The notes below the pieces were generated by a model. That model was not told the DNA's origin and did no database searches. It was given only the letters and a program-made list of their open reading frames with translations. Below are positions 19,128-29,076 of a stretch of 64,000 nucleotides of DNA, piece after piece. Position 1 is the stretch's first letter; every line of letters begins with the position of its first letter. Made by a program: the position numbers and the translations under genes. Source of the DNA: an uncultured Mycoplasmatota bacterium (GTDB taxonomy: Bacteria > Bacillota_I > Bacilli_A > RF39 > UBA660); NCBI GenBank assembly GCA_947570175.1, contig CANOTJ010000002.1:33346-97345 (forward strand), read 5' to 3'.

Positions 19128-19239
19128 TCATAATGTGTCCTTTCTGTCACACATTATAAAAGATGAAAAAATAAAAAACCAATGTGCAATTTTTTAATTT
19201 TTACACTTGACACAATGATAAAAGCGATCAAGATAAAAC

Positions 19240-19614
19240 TTAATCGCCATCATTTTGTTCTTTTAAAAGTCCCATTTTCTTTAAAAGAAAGTATGCACTT
19301 CTACAACCTGCACAAACAAGTTGTTTCTTCTCTAATGTGTTTCTATCAGAAGAAATTATTATATATTCTATCAAGCCAGACACTTCTTTTTTAGTCAATG
19401 CTACTGGAATATCATCTTCTAATACTTTCTTTAAATTAGGATATTTGTCTATAATATCAGAACACTTATAAGCAGAATCTTTATATTCTTTATTCGTTCC
19501 CATAAGATAAGATGATACAAAATTTACAATATCCCAATAATTTTCTTCACACTCTTGGTCAAACATTTTATTGAAATCCACTTCTTGCCCTCCTAACGAC
19601 TTGTAATTTTTCAA
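19240..19614 (-). CDS. Hypothetical protein, paralog A (124 aa) with a conserved C-terminal motif
   Basis: C-terminus 'CAGCRSAYFLLKKMGLLKE' matches 'QGMRECYFLLRKLDLLK' of the upstream gene. Confidence 0.5.
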   Translation of the reverse strand: MKNYKSLGGQEVDFNKMFDQECEENYWDIVNFVSSYLMGTNKEYKDSAYKCSDIIDKYPNLKKVLEDDIPVALTKKEVSGLIEYIIISSDRNTLEKKQLVCAGCRSAYFLLKKMGLLKEQNDGD

Positions 19615-19617
19615 TAA

Positions 19618-19947
19618 TTACTTTAGTAAATCTAACTTTCTTAATAAGAAATAACATTCTCTCATACCTTGTATGAATATTTCTTTTTCTTCAATTTCTC
19701 TGCTATCTTCTTTTAATGATAAATAATTTTTAAGTACCTTTACTTCATACTTTGATAAAGAAAACAAGCAATGATTTTCAAGTACATCTGCTAATCTATC
19801 ATTTTTATTCATTAGATTACTTTGCTTTTTTAAGAGTGAATCATATTCAGGGTTACTCTTTTTCAAGCGAACTAGCATATCAGAAAGATATTCTGCAAAA
19901 TTATCATCACAATAGTCTTTGATAAATGTTTCATCAAAATTATCCAC
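19618..19947 (-). CDS. Hypothetical protein, paralog B (109 aa)
   Basis: Shares the C-terminal motif with 19240..19614; tandem arrangement. Confidence 0.5.
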   Translation of the reverse strand: MDNFDETFIKDYCDDNFAEYLSDMLVRLKKSNPEYDSLLKKQSNLMNKNDRLADVLENHCLFSLSKYEVKVLKNYLSLKEDSREIEEKEIFIQGMRECYFLLRKLDLLK

Positions 19948-20006
19948 CTTTTCACACCTCCTGCGACTATTTTATATCGTGGATATTTTAAATGCTAATG
20001 TGTAAA

Positions 20007-23000
20007 TTACCTTGCATATTCCTTATTACACCTTTGACTTTCTACTTCAACACTATCATCAAAATCTATAACTTCTTTGTCCTTTTCATTCATATTAAGT
20101 AAGACATTTACTTCATCTAATCGTTTAGATTTTTCTTTTAATTCTTGTTCTTGTTTAAATGGTCTTTTACATTCTTCTTTGGCATTTTCAAATTGAATTT
20201 TGGTATTTTCTAACTCTGTTTGTTCTTGCTTTAAATCAAAAGAGAAACCATCTATTTCATTATTGATACGAGTAATATTACCTAAATTATCATTACCAAG
20301 CATTACTGAATGTGATAACTCATTTTTCAAATATATATGAAAACTACCATACTCATAATCAAGTTCCATCTTAAAACCTCTATAACTTCCTATCTCTTGT
20401 TTTTCAGTTTTTTCAATGTTCTTACATAACTCAAGTATCTTATCTCCTGCTTGTTTTTTATCGGTATAAGTAACACCTTTTATAGTCATACTTTGAAATT
20501 TATCATCACTATTTGGAGTATTTTTTTCGACTAATTCTATATCTTTTTTAAAGCCTTCTATTCGTGATTCTAGCCTTTTTATTTCACTAGGATAATACTT
20601 TGCCACTTTATCTTCCATAGCATATATTTGGCTTAAATGATTTTGTTTTAAGAGTTTTAATTTAGCAACCTGTGTGTCTAAATCAGTCTTTTCCATTATC
20701 AAAGGATTACCGGCAGCAAGTGCTTTAATCTGTGCATAATTAAGTGCTGCTTCATCTATATCTTCAGCAAATCTCACAGGAGTTTTAGAAGTCATTATCT
20801 GTGAAATGAATCGTTGTTTATTCTCTACTAATTGATAAAGATATGCGTCAAAAGTTCCCTCTGTAACATAGTTATAGATATAAACTTCTTTATTTTTGTT
20901 ACCCTGTCTTAATATTCTTCCTATTCTTTGGGTAAGGTCAGCAGGTCGCCACGGACAGTCTAGGTTATGAATTGCAATTAGTTTATCTTGGCAGTTTGTT
21001 CCTGCACCCATTTTGGAAGTGCTACCAAACAATATTCTTTTTATACCACTTCTTACTTGTGAAAACAAAGTTTTCTTTTGTATATCTGTATTTGCATTAT
21101 GAATAAACTCGACTTCATCTTCGGGAACACCTAATTCTTGCAACTTTCTTTTTAATTCATCATAGACATTAAATTTATCTTCACTTGGTGTAGATAAATC
21201 ACAGAATACTAATTGTGTTAAGTGTTCTTCTTTATGCTCTTGCCATATTCTATAAATATTATTCGCACATAAAGACACTTTACTATTCGGATCATCTGGC
21301 AACATATCATTCATAAGTCTTTGGTCAAGTGCAAGTTTTCTACCATCATTTGTTATTTTTAACATATTATCAGTTGATGGGTCAACCTTTTTATTTCTAA
21401 CCATATCTGCCCTATTAGAAAGTTCTTTTACCATTTCTTTTTGTATTTCAGTAGGCTTTGCTACTATCGTTTCGTAGTGGGCTTCTGGGACTGGAAGTTT
21501 TAGCATATCTGCTGTTTGAATATCAGCTACTTCTTTAAACATTGCCATCAATTCTGGTAAGTTATAAAACTTTGCAAATCTAGTCTTTGCTCTGTAACCT
21601 GTTCCCTCTGGAGCAAGTTCAATAGCCGTTACTGTTTCACCGAATGTTGAAGCCCAAGCGTCAAAGTGTTGTAGATTTCTTTTTTCTAACTCTGCATATT
21701 GCAAATATCTTTGCATTGTATAAAGTTCTACCATACTGTTTGATACTGGAGTACCAGTTGCAAAAACAACTCCTCGACCACCAGTTAATTCATCTAAATA
21801 CCTACATTTCATAAATAAGTCACTCGACTTTTGTGCTTCTGTTTGTGCTATACCACCAACATTTCGCATTTTGGTATAAAGGAATAAATTTTTAAAGTAA
21901 TGGGCTTCATCTACGAATATTCTATCAATACCTAATTCTTCAAAAGTAACAACATCATCTTTTCGGCTCGTATCATTTAACTTTGCTAATTTTGCTTCAA
22001 GACTTTTTTGTAGTCTTACTAATTGTTTTATAGTAAAGTTTTCTCCATTATGGTCTTTTAAATCTTGTACTCCGATACTTATATCATCAATTTGATTTTG
22101 TAAGATAATTCTTTGTCTTTCAGCAGACATTGGTATCTTCTCAAACTGGCTATGAGAAATGATAACTGCATCATAATCTCCTGTTGCTATACGAGAACAG
22201 AACTTTTTACGATTAGCAGTTTCAAAGTCTTTCTTCGTAGTAACGAGAATATTAGCACTTGGGTAAAGTTGCAGAAATTCTGAACTAAATTGTTCTACGA
22301 TATGATTAGGTACTACGAACATACTCTTATTACATAGTCCTAGTCTCTTAGATTCCATAGCAGCAGCGACCATTTCAAAAGTCTTTCCTGCTCCTACTTC
22401 GTGGGCTAGTAGTGTGTTTGTATTTCCATATAAAACTCTGGCTATGGCATTAACTTGGTGTGGTCGCAAAGTTATCTCTGGATTCATACCGTGAAAATTG
22501 ATATGAGAGCCATCATACTCACGAGGACGATTAGAATTAAACTTCTCGTTATAGATTTTACTTAATCTTTCTCTACGGTCTATATCGCTCCATATCCACT
22601 CATCAAAAGCAGTTTTAATTTGCTCTTGTTTTGCCTGTGCGATAGCAGTTTCTTTTTTATTTAACTCTGGTACTTTTTTACCATCTTTCTCAATATAGTC
22701 ATATATTCTAACATCTTTTAAATTAAGTGTTTCTTCTATAATTTTGTAAGCATTTATTCTTCCTGTTCCATAAGTAGAATATGCTTTTACATTTCCCCTA
22801 TCATAGTTTTTACCCTCAACATTCCATTGGGCTGTACTCTCCATAAAATGCACTTGTATTCTATCTCTAATATTATAAGATGGCAATAATAGATAATCTA
22901 TAAAATCATCTATAACATCTGTTGGAAGCCAAGTAGCACCAAGTCTAACACTTATCTCTTGTGGCTCTAAATCTTTCGGCATTACTTCTTCAAGACATTT

Positions 23001-26000
23001 TACATTTATATTGAATCTAGGGTCATCTTCGGCAAACTCTTTGGCTATCTTTAATTTCTCACGAATATTACCAGATAGGTACTCATCAGCAGTTACCCAT
23101 ATATTAGGATCCCCATATTCTGGTACATTAAATATGACACCCTCTAGGTCAGTTATCATTTTGTCCATATCAAGTCCACATAGTTTTTGCATAAACTCTA
23201 AATCAACTCTAGCCTTTTCAGATATTGAAACAATTAAGGCTTCATTTGCAGTATCTACACCTGTTACTTCCTTATGTGGAAGTATTGTTCTTTTAGTAAA
23301 CATATCTGCTTTTTTAAGAAGTTCTTTGTTCTCATCAAGTATCTCTAAAGAACATAGTAAATAAAAACTATTGTCATTAGAAAAAGCAGAGGTATTTGCT
23401 CTGCTATTGATAAGTCCATATTTTTTAGTAAAACTGTCATATAGTTTATTAAGTTTTACTTGTTCTTGTTTTATATCTTCATCTGGAAAGTCCTCTGTTT
23501 GTAATTCTAATAGATTTCTTACACACTCTCTTATTTCAATTAAGCCTCTAATACGATTTTCAGTAGTAAGTGGCAATTCTTGTGGGTACATTCTACTATT
23601 CTCACGATAATAGACTTTATTATCTACTATGGTATATGAGAAGTTTTTAACATTATAGTCAGCAGGAATAGATAAATCTTCTTCATCTTCCCCTATATCA
23701 TCTATCTCATATTCTTTTATTTCGGCGTGTATATTAGAAATAGCATTGTTAAGTTGTTCTTCTAGTGATATATCTTCTCTTGCTTCACAAGTAGAGTCCA
23801 TACCATATCTAGTAGATTCCATTTTCATATTACCACATATCATATCTGGGTTATCTACAAAGTATTTATTCATTTTAATACCATTTTCATCAGTATCTAA
23901 ATATACCCAGTCTGGCTCTATATCAGTTATTGAATCTCGCTTTTGTAAGAAGATAATATCAGAAGTAACTTTCGTACCTGCATTATCTTTAAAGGTATTG
24001 TTTGGAAGTCTTATTGCTCCTAACAAGTCGGCTCGTTGTGCTATATACTTTCTAACACTAGGATTTTCCTTATCTAAAGTACCTTTACTTGTTATGAAAG
24101 CAACAATTCCACCTGGTCTTACTTTGTCGAGAGTTTTTGCGAAAAAGTAGTCGTGAATAAGAAAATTATGCTTATCATATCTCTTATCCAATAATTTAAG
24201 ACTATCAAATGGAACATTACCTATTGCTCCATCAAAGAAAGAATCTGGAAGTTCTGTATTTTCATAGCCTTGTACTGCAATAGAACTCTTTTGATATAGT
24301 TGTCTAGCAATTCTACCACTTATCGAATCAACTTCTATACCATATAACTTACAGTCTTTTAAGGTATCTGGTATCATACCTAGAAAATTACCAACTCCAC
24401 AACTAGGCTCTAGTATGTTTCCATCTTTCATACCCATACTTTCTAATGCTTTATACATCGTACGAATGACTACTGGTGGTGTATAGAAAGAAGTTCTTGT
24501 AGAACTCATTGCTGACCTATATTCTTCTTCATCTAATATATTTTTAAGTTTTAAATGCTCATCTGCCCAAGAAGAATTATTTTCTTCAAAGGCTTGTGAT
24601 AAGCTACCCCATCCAACATATTGAGATAAAACTTTTTGTTCTTCTGGAGTTGCAAAGCGATTTTCTTCTTCACATTGTTTCAACACTTTAATTGCTGCTA
24701 GATTACGATTGAACTTTTCTCTATCACTTCCAACACCTAATAAGTCATCAGTAATATGAAAGTTATTTCTATCTTCGTTTTTGATTTCTGGGTGTATATC
24801 AAAAGTGGTAACTCGTTTTCTTCGCTTTTTAGCAATATTAGGTATAATTGTTTCTTTTTTCTGTTCTGCTTCTTTTTCAGCAAGTAAAGATAATACTTTG
24901 CTTAATTCTTCATTACGAAAAATAGGAAAACCTACACCATTTTGGAAAGTAATATCTTGTAATGAAACGACATCATTATCAATACTATCAATGGTATATT
25001 CTCTATCGCCAATAGTTATATTTTTACCGATTAAATCTTCTTCTAATTTTTCACGATCAGCGACCTTTGTTTCATACTTTTTACGATATTTTTTTAGTCT
25101 TTCTAAATCGTGATTATTAACTTTATCTACTGTGCCATCTTCGTTATAATCAAATAGTTCATTTAATAAAAAATCATAAACTTCTAGTCCCTCTAAATCA
25201 ATGTCATCAGAGTAAATAACGATATTCTCGTTAGAATCGAAGTTTACCTTAATATCGCTCATATCATAAAGTGATAGGATATGCTCTACTAAATCTACTT
25301 CATCATCATATTCTCCATACTCATTATGCTTTTCTAATTCTCCATTTTCAGTAACTTTGATTTTCAAATGGTCGTTACACGGATTTTCTTTTACTTTCTT
25401 ATCAAACTCATCAAAGGAAAATTCTTGATTAAATAATGGGTATTGATAGTCGTATAATCTAACAATGTCATTATCTAATGAAAGTATTTCAAATTTATCT
25501 GCACCTATATAGACTTTGTCGCCTACTTGATAATCGTAGTCTGGGAAAGTTTCATTTAATTCTTTGATAAAGTTTTCTATTATCTTTTTATCTTCATCAT
25601 CACTTTCTAAATCATTCCCTAGATTTTGAATATACTCTATAAAGCCTCTTAATTCACTTGGATTATGAATTTGATTATCTATATCTCTAATAACATCTTC
25701 TTCTGTTTCGCCATTTTCAAGATTTGCTTCATACCCCTGTAAATCATATTCTTTGATAAAATCATTTAATCGTTTTGCTAGGCTATCTTCTTGTTCTTCA
25801 GTAAAAGTATCTTCTTGATTCAATTCATCTATGCGTTGTTGATCTTTTTCTAACCAAGCAGGATACTCTCTTAATTCTTTTGGATTAAGGTATCTATCAA
25901 GGCTAATTAGTTCTTTTATTCTCTTTTCAACATAATTCCATTTAAGTAATGTCTTTATTTCATTATCAAAATATCCACGATATAAAGTAAGTCCTTTACT

Positions 26001-27803
26001 ATCAGCATTATATCCTACGCCAGATCCACGAATAGTATATGAACTACCACTTAAACCATACATATTTTTTATATAGTTAATATTTTCAATAGCAGATAAA
26101 CTACTTTGAAGTTGTCTATATATTGCATACTTTGTTTCAGTATGTCGTGTTTGAAAATACTTATCTATAAACTCTTGCGAAAACTCTAACTCTGGTATTT
26201 CTTTGCTATTTTCTTCATCTAATAAAGTCATCTGCTCTTTTTCAGATGGCAAATATTTTTCTCTATCATTTAATTGATGAAGTAAAATCATTGAATCATA
26301 ATGATATGTTAAATCTTCCCAAGATACAAAACTTTCTGTATCTCGTGATAAAAAATTACCTTTCCATAGTAATAAACCATTTTCAAAGGCTTTGTAACCA
26401 TACATTTGCGTTCCAACAAAAATACCCACATATACATTTTCAAAAGAATTTTTAATGAACTCGGCTCTTTTTAAAGGCTCTTTTTCTAGTTCAAAATATC
26501 TTTTTACTTCTACTTTGGGTATTTTTAAATGTGCATAAGCAAGTATTTGATTTATTTTATCATCTGTAACAACATACGGACAATGTGTTCCACTATCCTC
26601 GTTCCAAAAATCTAATTGTAGATTAGTTCTCTCGTTACTATTTCCTCTGCTCTCGCTTTCAAGTTGTTCATTAAGCCTATCCACTTCATCTGGTCTTTGG
26701 CTTTCAATTCTTCTGTTATATTCTCTTTCTTCGCCATTTCCTCTATCATTTGTTCCACTCTCGTTTCGGCTGTCGTTTGAACTTCCATCAAGTGTTCTGG
26801 TAATTTGCCCTGCATTAGAAGTGTCGTGTATAGAGGCTTGTCGTTCTTCTTCAAGTGGCTTAATCTCATCAATGCGTATTTCCCATTTACTTGTTCTTCT
26901 TGTGGTGGTACTAGGTCTGGTATTTGATAATCGCCCACCATTTTGTAACTTATTTCTTTCATCTAAATCACTCCTCTCGGCATTATTCTTGCCATCATCT
27001 AAATCATACTCGTTTTGCTTATTATTATCAAATGTGTGAATCTTATCAATTTCACTTATTCGCACATTTTTTATTGTGCTATATATTTCACGAAGTCCAG
27101 ACTCGGCAATATCACTTGTTGCCATACCTAGTCTTGTTATCGTATCATAAGTATTGAAATTTAATAACTCTCTAAAATCTTCCTTATCAAAGTAATCATT
27201 AGGATTTATTCCACAACGCTTTAACATAACATAAGCAACACTATTCTCTAATACTTTCTTATAAATAGTTTTTATATACAACTCATCAAGTTCTTCTAAA
27301 AAACTATTATCTTTAAAATACATTAGATTTGATAAATAGTCTGGCAAGTTATCTTCTACCATATTTTTAGCACTAGAAATAATAGCACTTGCTATGGTAG
27401 AGTTATCTTCTAATTCTCCATATCTATTTTCTAGGGCTTCGATAACATATTCTTCATAAGGTTTCGTAACAGACCATAGTATAACATTTTTACCGTGCTT
27501 ACTATTCGTATCACTTACATCAAATACATATCTTAAATAAGTATTTCCATTATTTTCTGCAAGAAGTGCTATTCCAGTTGCTCCTTTATTAACCCATCTT
27601 TTTAAAGATTTATTCCAAGTTTCTATTTCAGCACAAGCACTTGCATAAGGCTTTTGTGCATAAATTAAAACTTGATCGGAAAATGGATACTTATAATTCA
27701 TTGCAGCACACTCTAAAAATGATAGCCATTCACTTTGATTTGTACTTAAATCTTTTAATGTTTCCGAATATAATTCTATTATATTTCTTAATTTATTAGC
27801 CAC
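20007..27803 (-). CDS. Giant 'polyvalent' ICE protein (2598 aa): N-terminal conserved region, low-complexity linker, N6-adenine DNA methyltransferase domain, SNF2/DEAD-like helicase domain and conserved C-terminal domain; presumed anti-restriction / DNA-modification function
   Basis: MTase motif I 'ILEPSCGVGNFLG' and motif IV 'GNVPFD' (aa about 1130-1200); helicase Walker A 'AHEVGAGKTFEM', motif II 'FVDEAHYFKN', motif VI 'LTQRIGRILRQGN'. Confidence 0.85.
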   Translation of the reverse strand: MANKLRNIIELYSETLKDLSTNQSEWLSFLECAAMNYKYPFSDQVLIYAQKPYASACAEIETWNKSLKRWVNKGATGIALLAENNGNTYLRYVFDVSDTNSKHGKNVILWSVTKPYEEYVIEALENRYGELEDNSTIASAIISSAKNMVEDNLPDYLSNLMYFKDNSFLEELDELYIKTIYKKVLENSVAYVMLKRCGINPNDYFDKEDFRELLNFNTYDTITRLGMATSDIAESGLREIYSTIKNVRISEIDKIHTFDNNKQNEYDLDDGKNNAERSDLDERNKLQNGGRLSNTRPSTTTRRTSKWEIRIDEIKPLEEERQASIHDTSNAGQITRTLDGSSNDSRNESGTNDRGNGEEREYNRRIESQRPDEVDRLNEQLESESRGNSNERTNLQLDFWNEDSGTHCPYVVTDDKINQILAYAHLKIPKVEVKRYFELEKEPLKRAEFIKNSFENVYVGIFVGTQMYGYKAFENGLLLWKGNFLSRDTESFVSWEDLTYHYDSMILLHQLNDREKYLPSEKEQMTLLDEENSKEIPELEFSQEFIDKYFQTRHTETKYAIYRQLQSSLSAIENINYIKNMYGLSGSSYTIRGSGVGYNADSKGLTLYRGYFDNEIKTLLKWNYVEKRIKELISLDRYLNPKELREYPAWLEKDQQRIDELNQEDTFTEEQEDSLAKRLNDFIKEYDLQGYEANLENGETEEDVIRDIDNQIHNPSELRGFIEYIQNLGNDLESDDEDKKIIENFIKELNETFPDYDYQVGDKVYIGADKFEILSLDNDIVRLYDYQYPLFNQEFSFDEFDKKVKENPCNDHLKIKVTENGELEKHNEYGEYDDEVDLVEHILSLYDMSDIKVNFDSNENIVIYSDDIDLEGLEVYDFLLNELFDYNEDGTVDKVNNHDLERLKKYRKKYETKVADREKLEEDLIGKNITIGDREYTIDSIDNDVVSLQDITFQNGVGFPIFRNEELSKVLSLLAEKEAEQKKETIIPNIAKKRRKRVTTFDIHPEIKNEDRNNFHITDDLLGVGSDREKFNRNLAAIKVLKQCEEENRFATPEEQKVLSQYVGWGSLSQAFEENNSSWADEHLKLKNILDEEEYRSAMSSTRTSFYTPPVVIRTMYKALESMGMKDGNILEPSCGVGNFLGMIPDTLKDCKLYGIEVDSISGRIARQLYQKSSIAVQGYENTELPDSFFDGAIGNVPFDSLKLLDKRYDKHNFLIHDYFFAKTLDKVRPGGIVAFITSKGTLDKENPSVRKYIAQRADLLGAIRLPNNTFKDNAGTKVTSDIIFLQKRDSITDIEPDWVYLDTDENGIKMNKYFVDNPDMICGNMKMESTRYGMDSTCEAREDISLEEQLNNAISNIHAEIKEYEIDDIGEDEEDLSIPADYNVKNFSYTIVDNKVYYRENSRMYPQELPLTTENRIRGLIEIRECVRNLLELQTEDFPDEDIKQEQVKLNKLYDSFTKKYGLINSRANTSAFSNDNSFYLLCSLEILDENKELLKKADMFTKRTILPHKEVTGVDTANEALIVSISEKARVDLEFMQKLCGLDMDKMITDLEGVIFNVPEYGDPNIWVTADEYLSGNIREKLKIAKEFAEDDPRFNINVKCLEEVMPKDLEPQEISVRLGATWLPTDVIDDFIDYLLLPSYNIRDRIQVHFMESTAQWNVEGKNYDRGNVKAYSTYGTGRINAYKIIEETLNLKDVRIYDYIEKDGKKVPELNKKETAIAQAKQEQIKTAFDEWIWSDIDRRERLSKIYNEKFNSNRPREYDGSHINFHGMNPEITLRPHQVNAIARVLYGNTNTLLAHEVGAGKTFEMVAAAMESKRLGLCNKSMFVVPNHIVEQFSSEFLQLYPSANILVTTKKDFETANRKKFCSRIATGDYDAVIISHSQFEKIPMSAERQRIILQNQIDDISIGVQDLKDHNGENFTIKQLVRLQKSLEAKLAKLNDTSRKDDVVTFEELGIDRIFVDEAHYFKNLFLYTKMRNVGGIAQTEAQKSSDLFMKCRYLDELTGGRGVVFATGTPVSNSMVELYTMQRYLQYAELEKRNLQHFDAWASTFGETVTAIELAPEGTGYRAKTRFAKFYNLPELMAMFKEVADIQTADMLKLPVPEAHYETIVAKPTEIQKEMVKELSNRADMVRNKKVDPSTDNMLKITNDGRKLALDQRLMNDMLPDDPNSKVSLCANNIYRIWQEHKEEHLTQLVFCDLSTPSEDKFNVYDELKRKLQELGVPEDEVEFIHNANTDIQKKTLFSQVRSGIKRILFGSTSKMGAGTNCQDKLIAIHNLDCPWRPADLTQRIGRILRQGNKNKEVYIYNYVTEGTFDAYLYQLVENKQRFISQIMTSKTPVRFAEDIDEAALNYAQIKALAAGNPLIMEKTDLDTQVAKLKLLKQNHLSQIYAMEDKVAKYYPSEIKRLESRIEGFKKDIELVEKNTPNSDDKFQSMTIKGVTYTDKKQAGDKILELCKNIEKTEKQEIGSYRGFKMELDYEYGSFHIYLKNELSHSVMLGNDNLGNITRINNEIDGFSFDLKQEQTELENTKIQFENAKEECKRPFKQEQELKEKSKRLDEVNVLLNMNEKDKEVIDFDDSVEVESQRCNKEYAR
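20816..22466 (-). other. SNF2/DEAD-like helicase domain within the giant protein (aa about 1780-2330)
   Basis: Walker A, DEAH-like box and QRxGRxxR motif VI. Confidence 0.7.
23816..24806 (-). other. N6-adenine methyltransferase domain within the giant protein (aa about 1000-1330)
   Basis: SAM-binding GxGxF and NPPF-like 'NVPF' motifs. Confidence 0.7.
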
Positions 27804-27836
27804 TTATCTCACCTCCTTATCTTTATTTTTCTTTTA

Positions 27837-28175
27837 CTACTCATTGTTAGAGTTATCTTGTTTAAGACTTTCTCTAGCATTTACTAAAACTTCATAATAG
27901 TTAGTTTCTATTTCTATATCTTCGGTATTAACAAGTAACATATAGATAATTTCACTTGCTTCGTTAGGATAGAAACGAACATCAACAAAAGTTTCTTGTT
28001 CTTCAGTAACTCGTGGGATACTATATCTCAACAATTTTTCTTTCAGTTTAGTAGCAGTTTCGCTTATTTTTTCATTATTAGAAGTCGTATATCTGGTAAG
28101 CATTTCAATTAAATAATTAAATTTTTCTATACTTAAATCCACCTTAACTGGTGGTATTCTTTTTTGATATGGCAT
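27837..28175 (-). CDS. Hypothetical protein (112 aa)
   Basis: ORF track. Confidence 0.4.
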   Translation of the reverse strand: MPYQKRIPPVKVDLSIEKFNYLIEMLTRYTTSNNEKISETATKLKEKLLRYSIPRVTEEQETFVDVRFYPNEASEIIYMLLVNTEDIEIETNYYEVLVNARESLKQDNSNNE

Positions 28176-28177
28176 AA

Positions 28178-28444
28178 TTAACCATCCTTTCTATTTTCTT
28201 TATAGCCACTTAAAAAAGCAATGATTTGCTTATTCTTAACGGCATTTTTAAATTCAATGATAATCATAGTTTCATTATTTTGTAGATTTGGTATTTTCGT
28301 TAAATCTTCCAATTTTAAAGCAAGTATTTTTTTATCAGTATTGAATCCTGCTTCAAATAGTTTTTCTAAAGTCTTTGTAATTTGACCTATATTATATTTA
28401 GTTTCCAAATAAATCCCTCCTAGACTTTCTCTACTAATTCGCAT
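28178..28444 (-). CDS. Hypothetical protein (88 aa)
   Basis: ORF track. Confidence 0.4.
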   Translation of the reverse strand: MRISRESLGGIYLETKYNIGQITKTLEKLFEAGFNTDKKILALKLEDLTKIPNLQNNETMIIIEFKNAVKNKQIIAFLSGYKENRKDG

Positions 28445-29076
28445 ATATAGATAATTTGCTTATTCGTATTGTGTCTGCAAGTGATTAAAGTTAGTGTGCT
28501 TTTTTCGGCATTTCTAACAATATTAGCAGTTCCTGTTTTCTCAATGTCGTATTGATTAACGACTTTGTACTTGTACTCGCTACCATTATAGAAAATACTT
28601 ACTTCATCATCTCTTTCGAGTTTATGAAGATTTTTGAAATAAGCAGTTCTTCCATTTCCAGAATGTCCTGCTAAAATCACATTACCTTTGTCTTTATCTG
28701 GCATATCAGATTCTTTGACAACAAGTATATTTCTATTAACATTGTTATAATAACTACCTTTATTTGCTAGACCTTTTTCTAACCCAATTTTAGGTATCTT
28801 AATTACTGCAAAATAATCTATTTTTGTTTTAGTAGGTTGTGGCTTTTCAGTTTCTACTTTTTCTTCTGGTACTTCTGGAGTAGTATCTTCTGTAATTTCT
28901 TTTTGTTCTTCAAAGAAAGTATCAATTAACTGTTCTTCGTTTTTTGTTTCGAGATAATTATATAAATACTTACCACCGATAATTAAAGTACCTAAAATAA
29001 TAAGTAAAGAGCCAACTACGATTAGTTGACCCTTACTATTTTTATTATTCTTGATTTTGTTTTTTCTTTTTAACAT
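28420..29076 (-). CDS. Sortase (transpeptidase), class B-like
   Basis: 218 aa; N-terminal TM anchor; catalytic 'LAGHSG' His region and 'TLITCRH' active-site Cys motif. Confidence 0.75.
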   Translation of the reverse strand: MLKRKNKIKNNKNSKGQLIVVGSLLIILGTLIIGGKYLYNYLETKNEEQLIDTFFEEQKEITEDTTPEVPEEKVETEKPQPTKTKIDYFAVIKIPKIGLEKGLANKGSYYNNVNRNILVVKESDMPDKDKGNVILAGHSGNGRTAYFKNLHKLERDDEVSIFYNGSEYKYKVVNQYDIEKTGTANIVRNAEKSTLTLITCRHNTNKQIIYICELVEKV

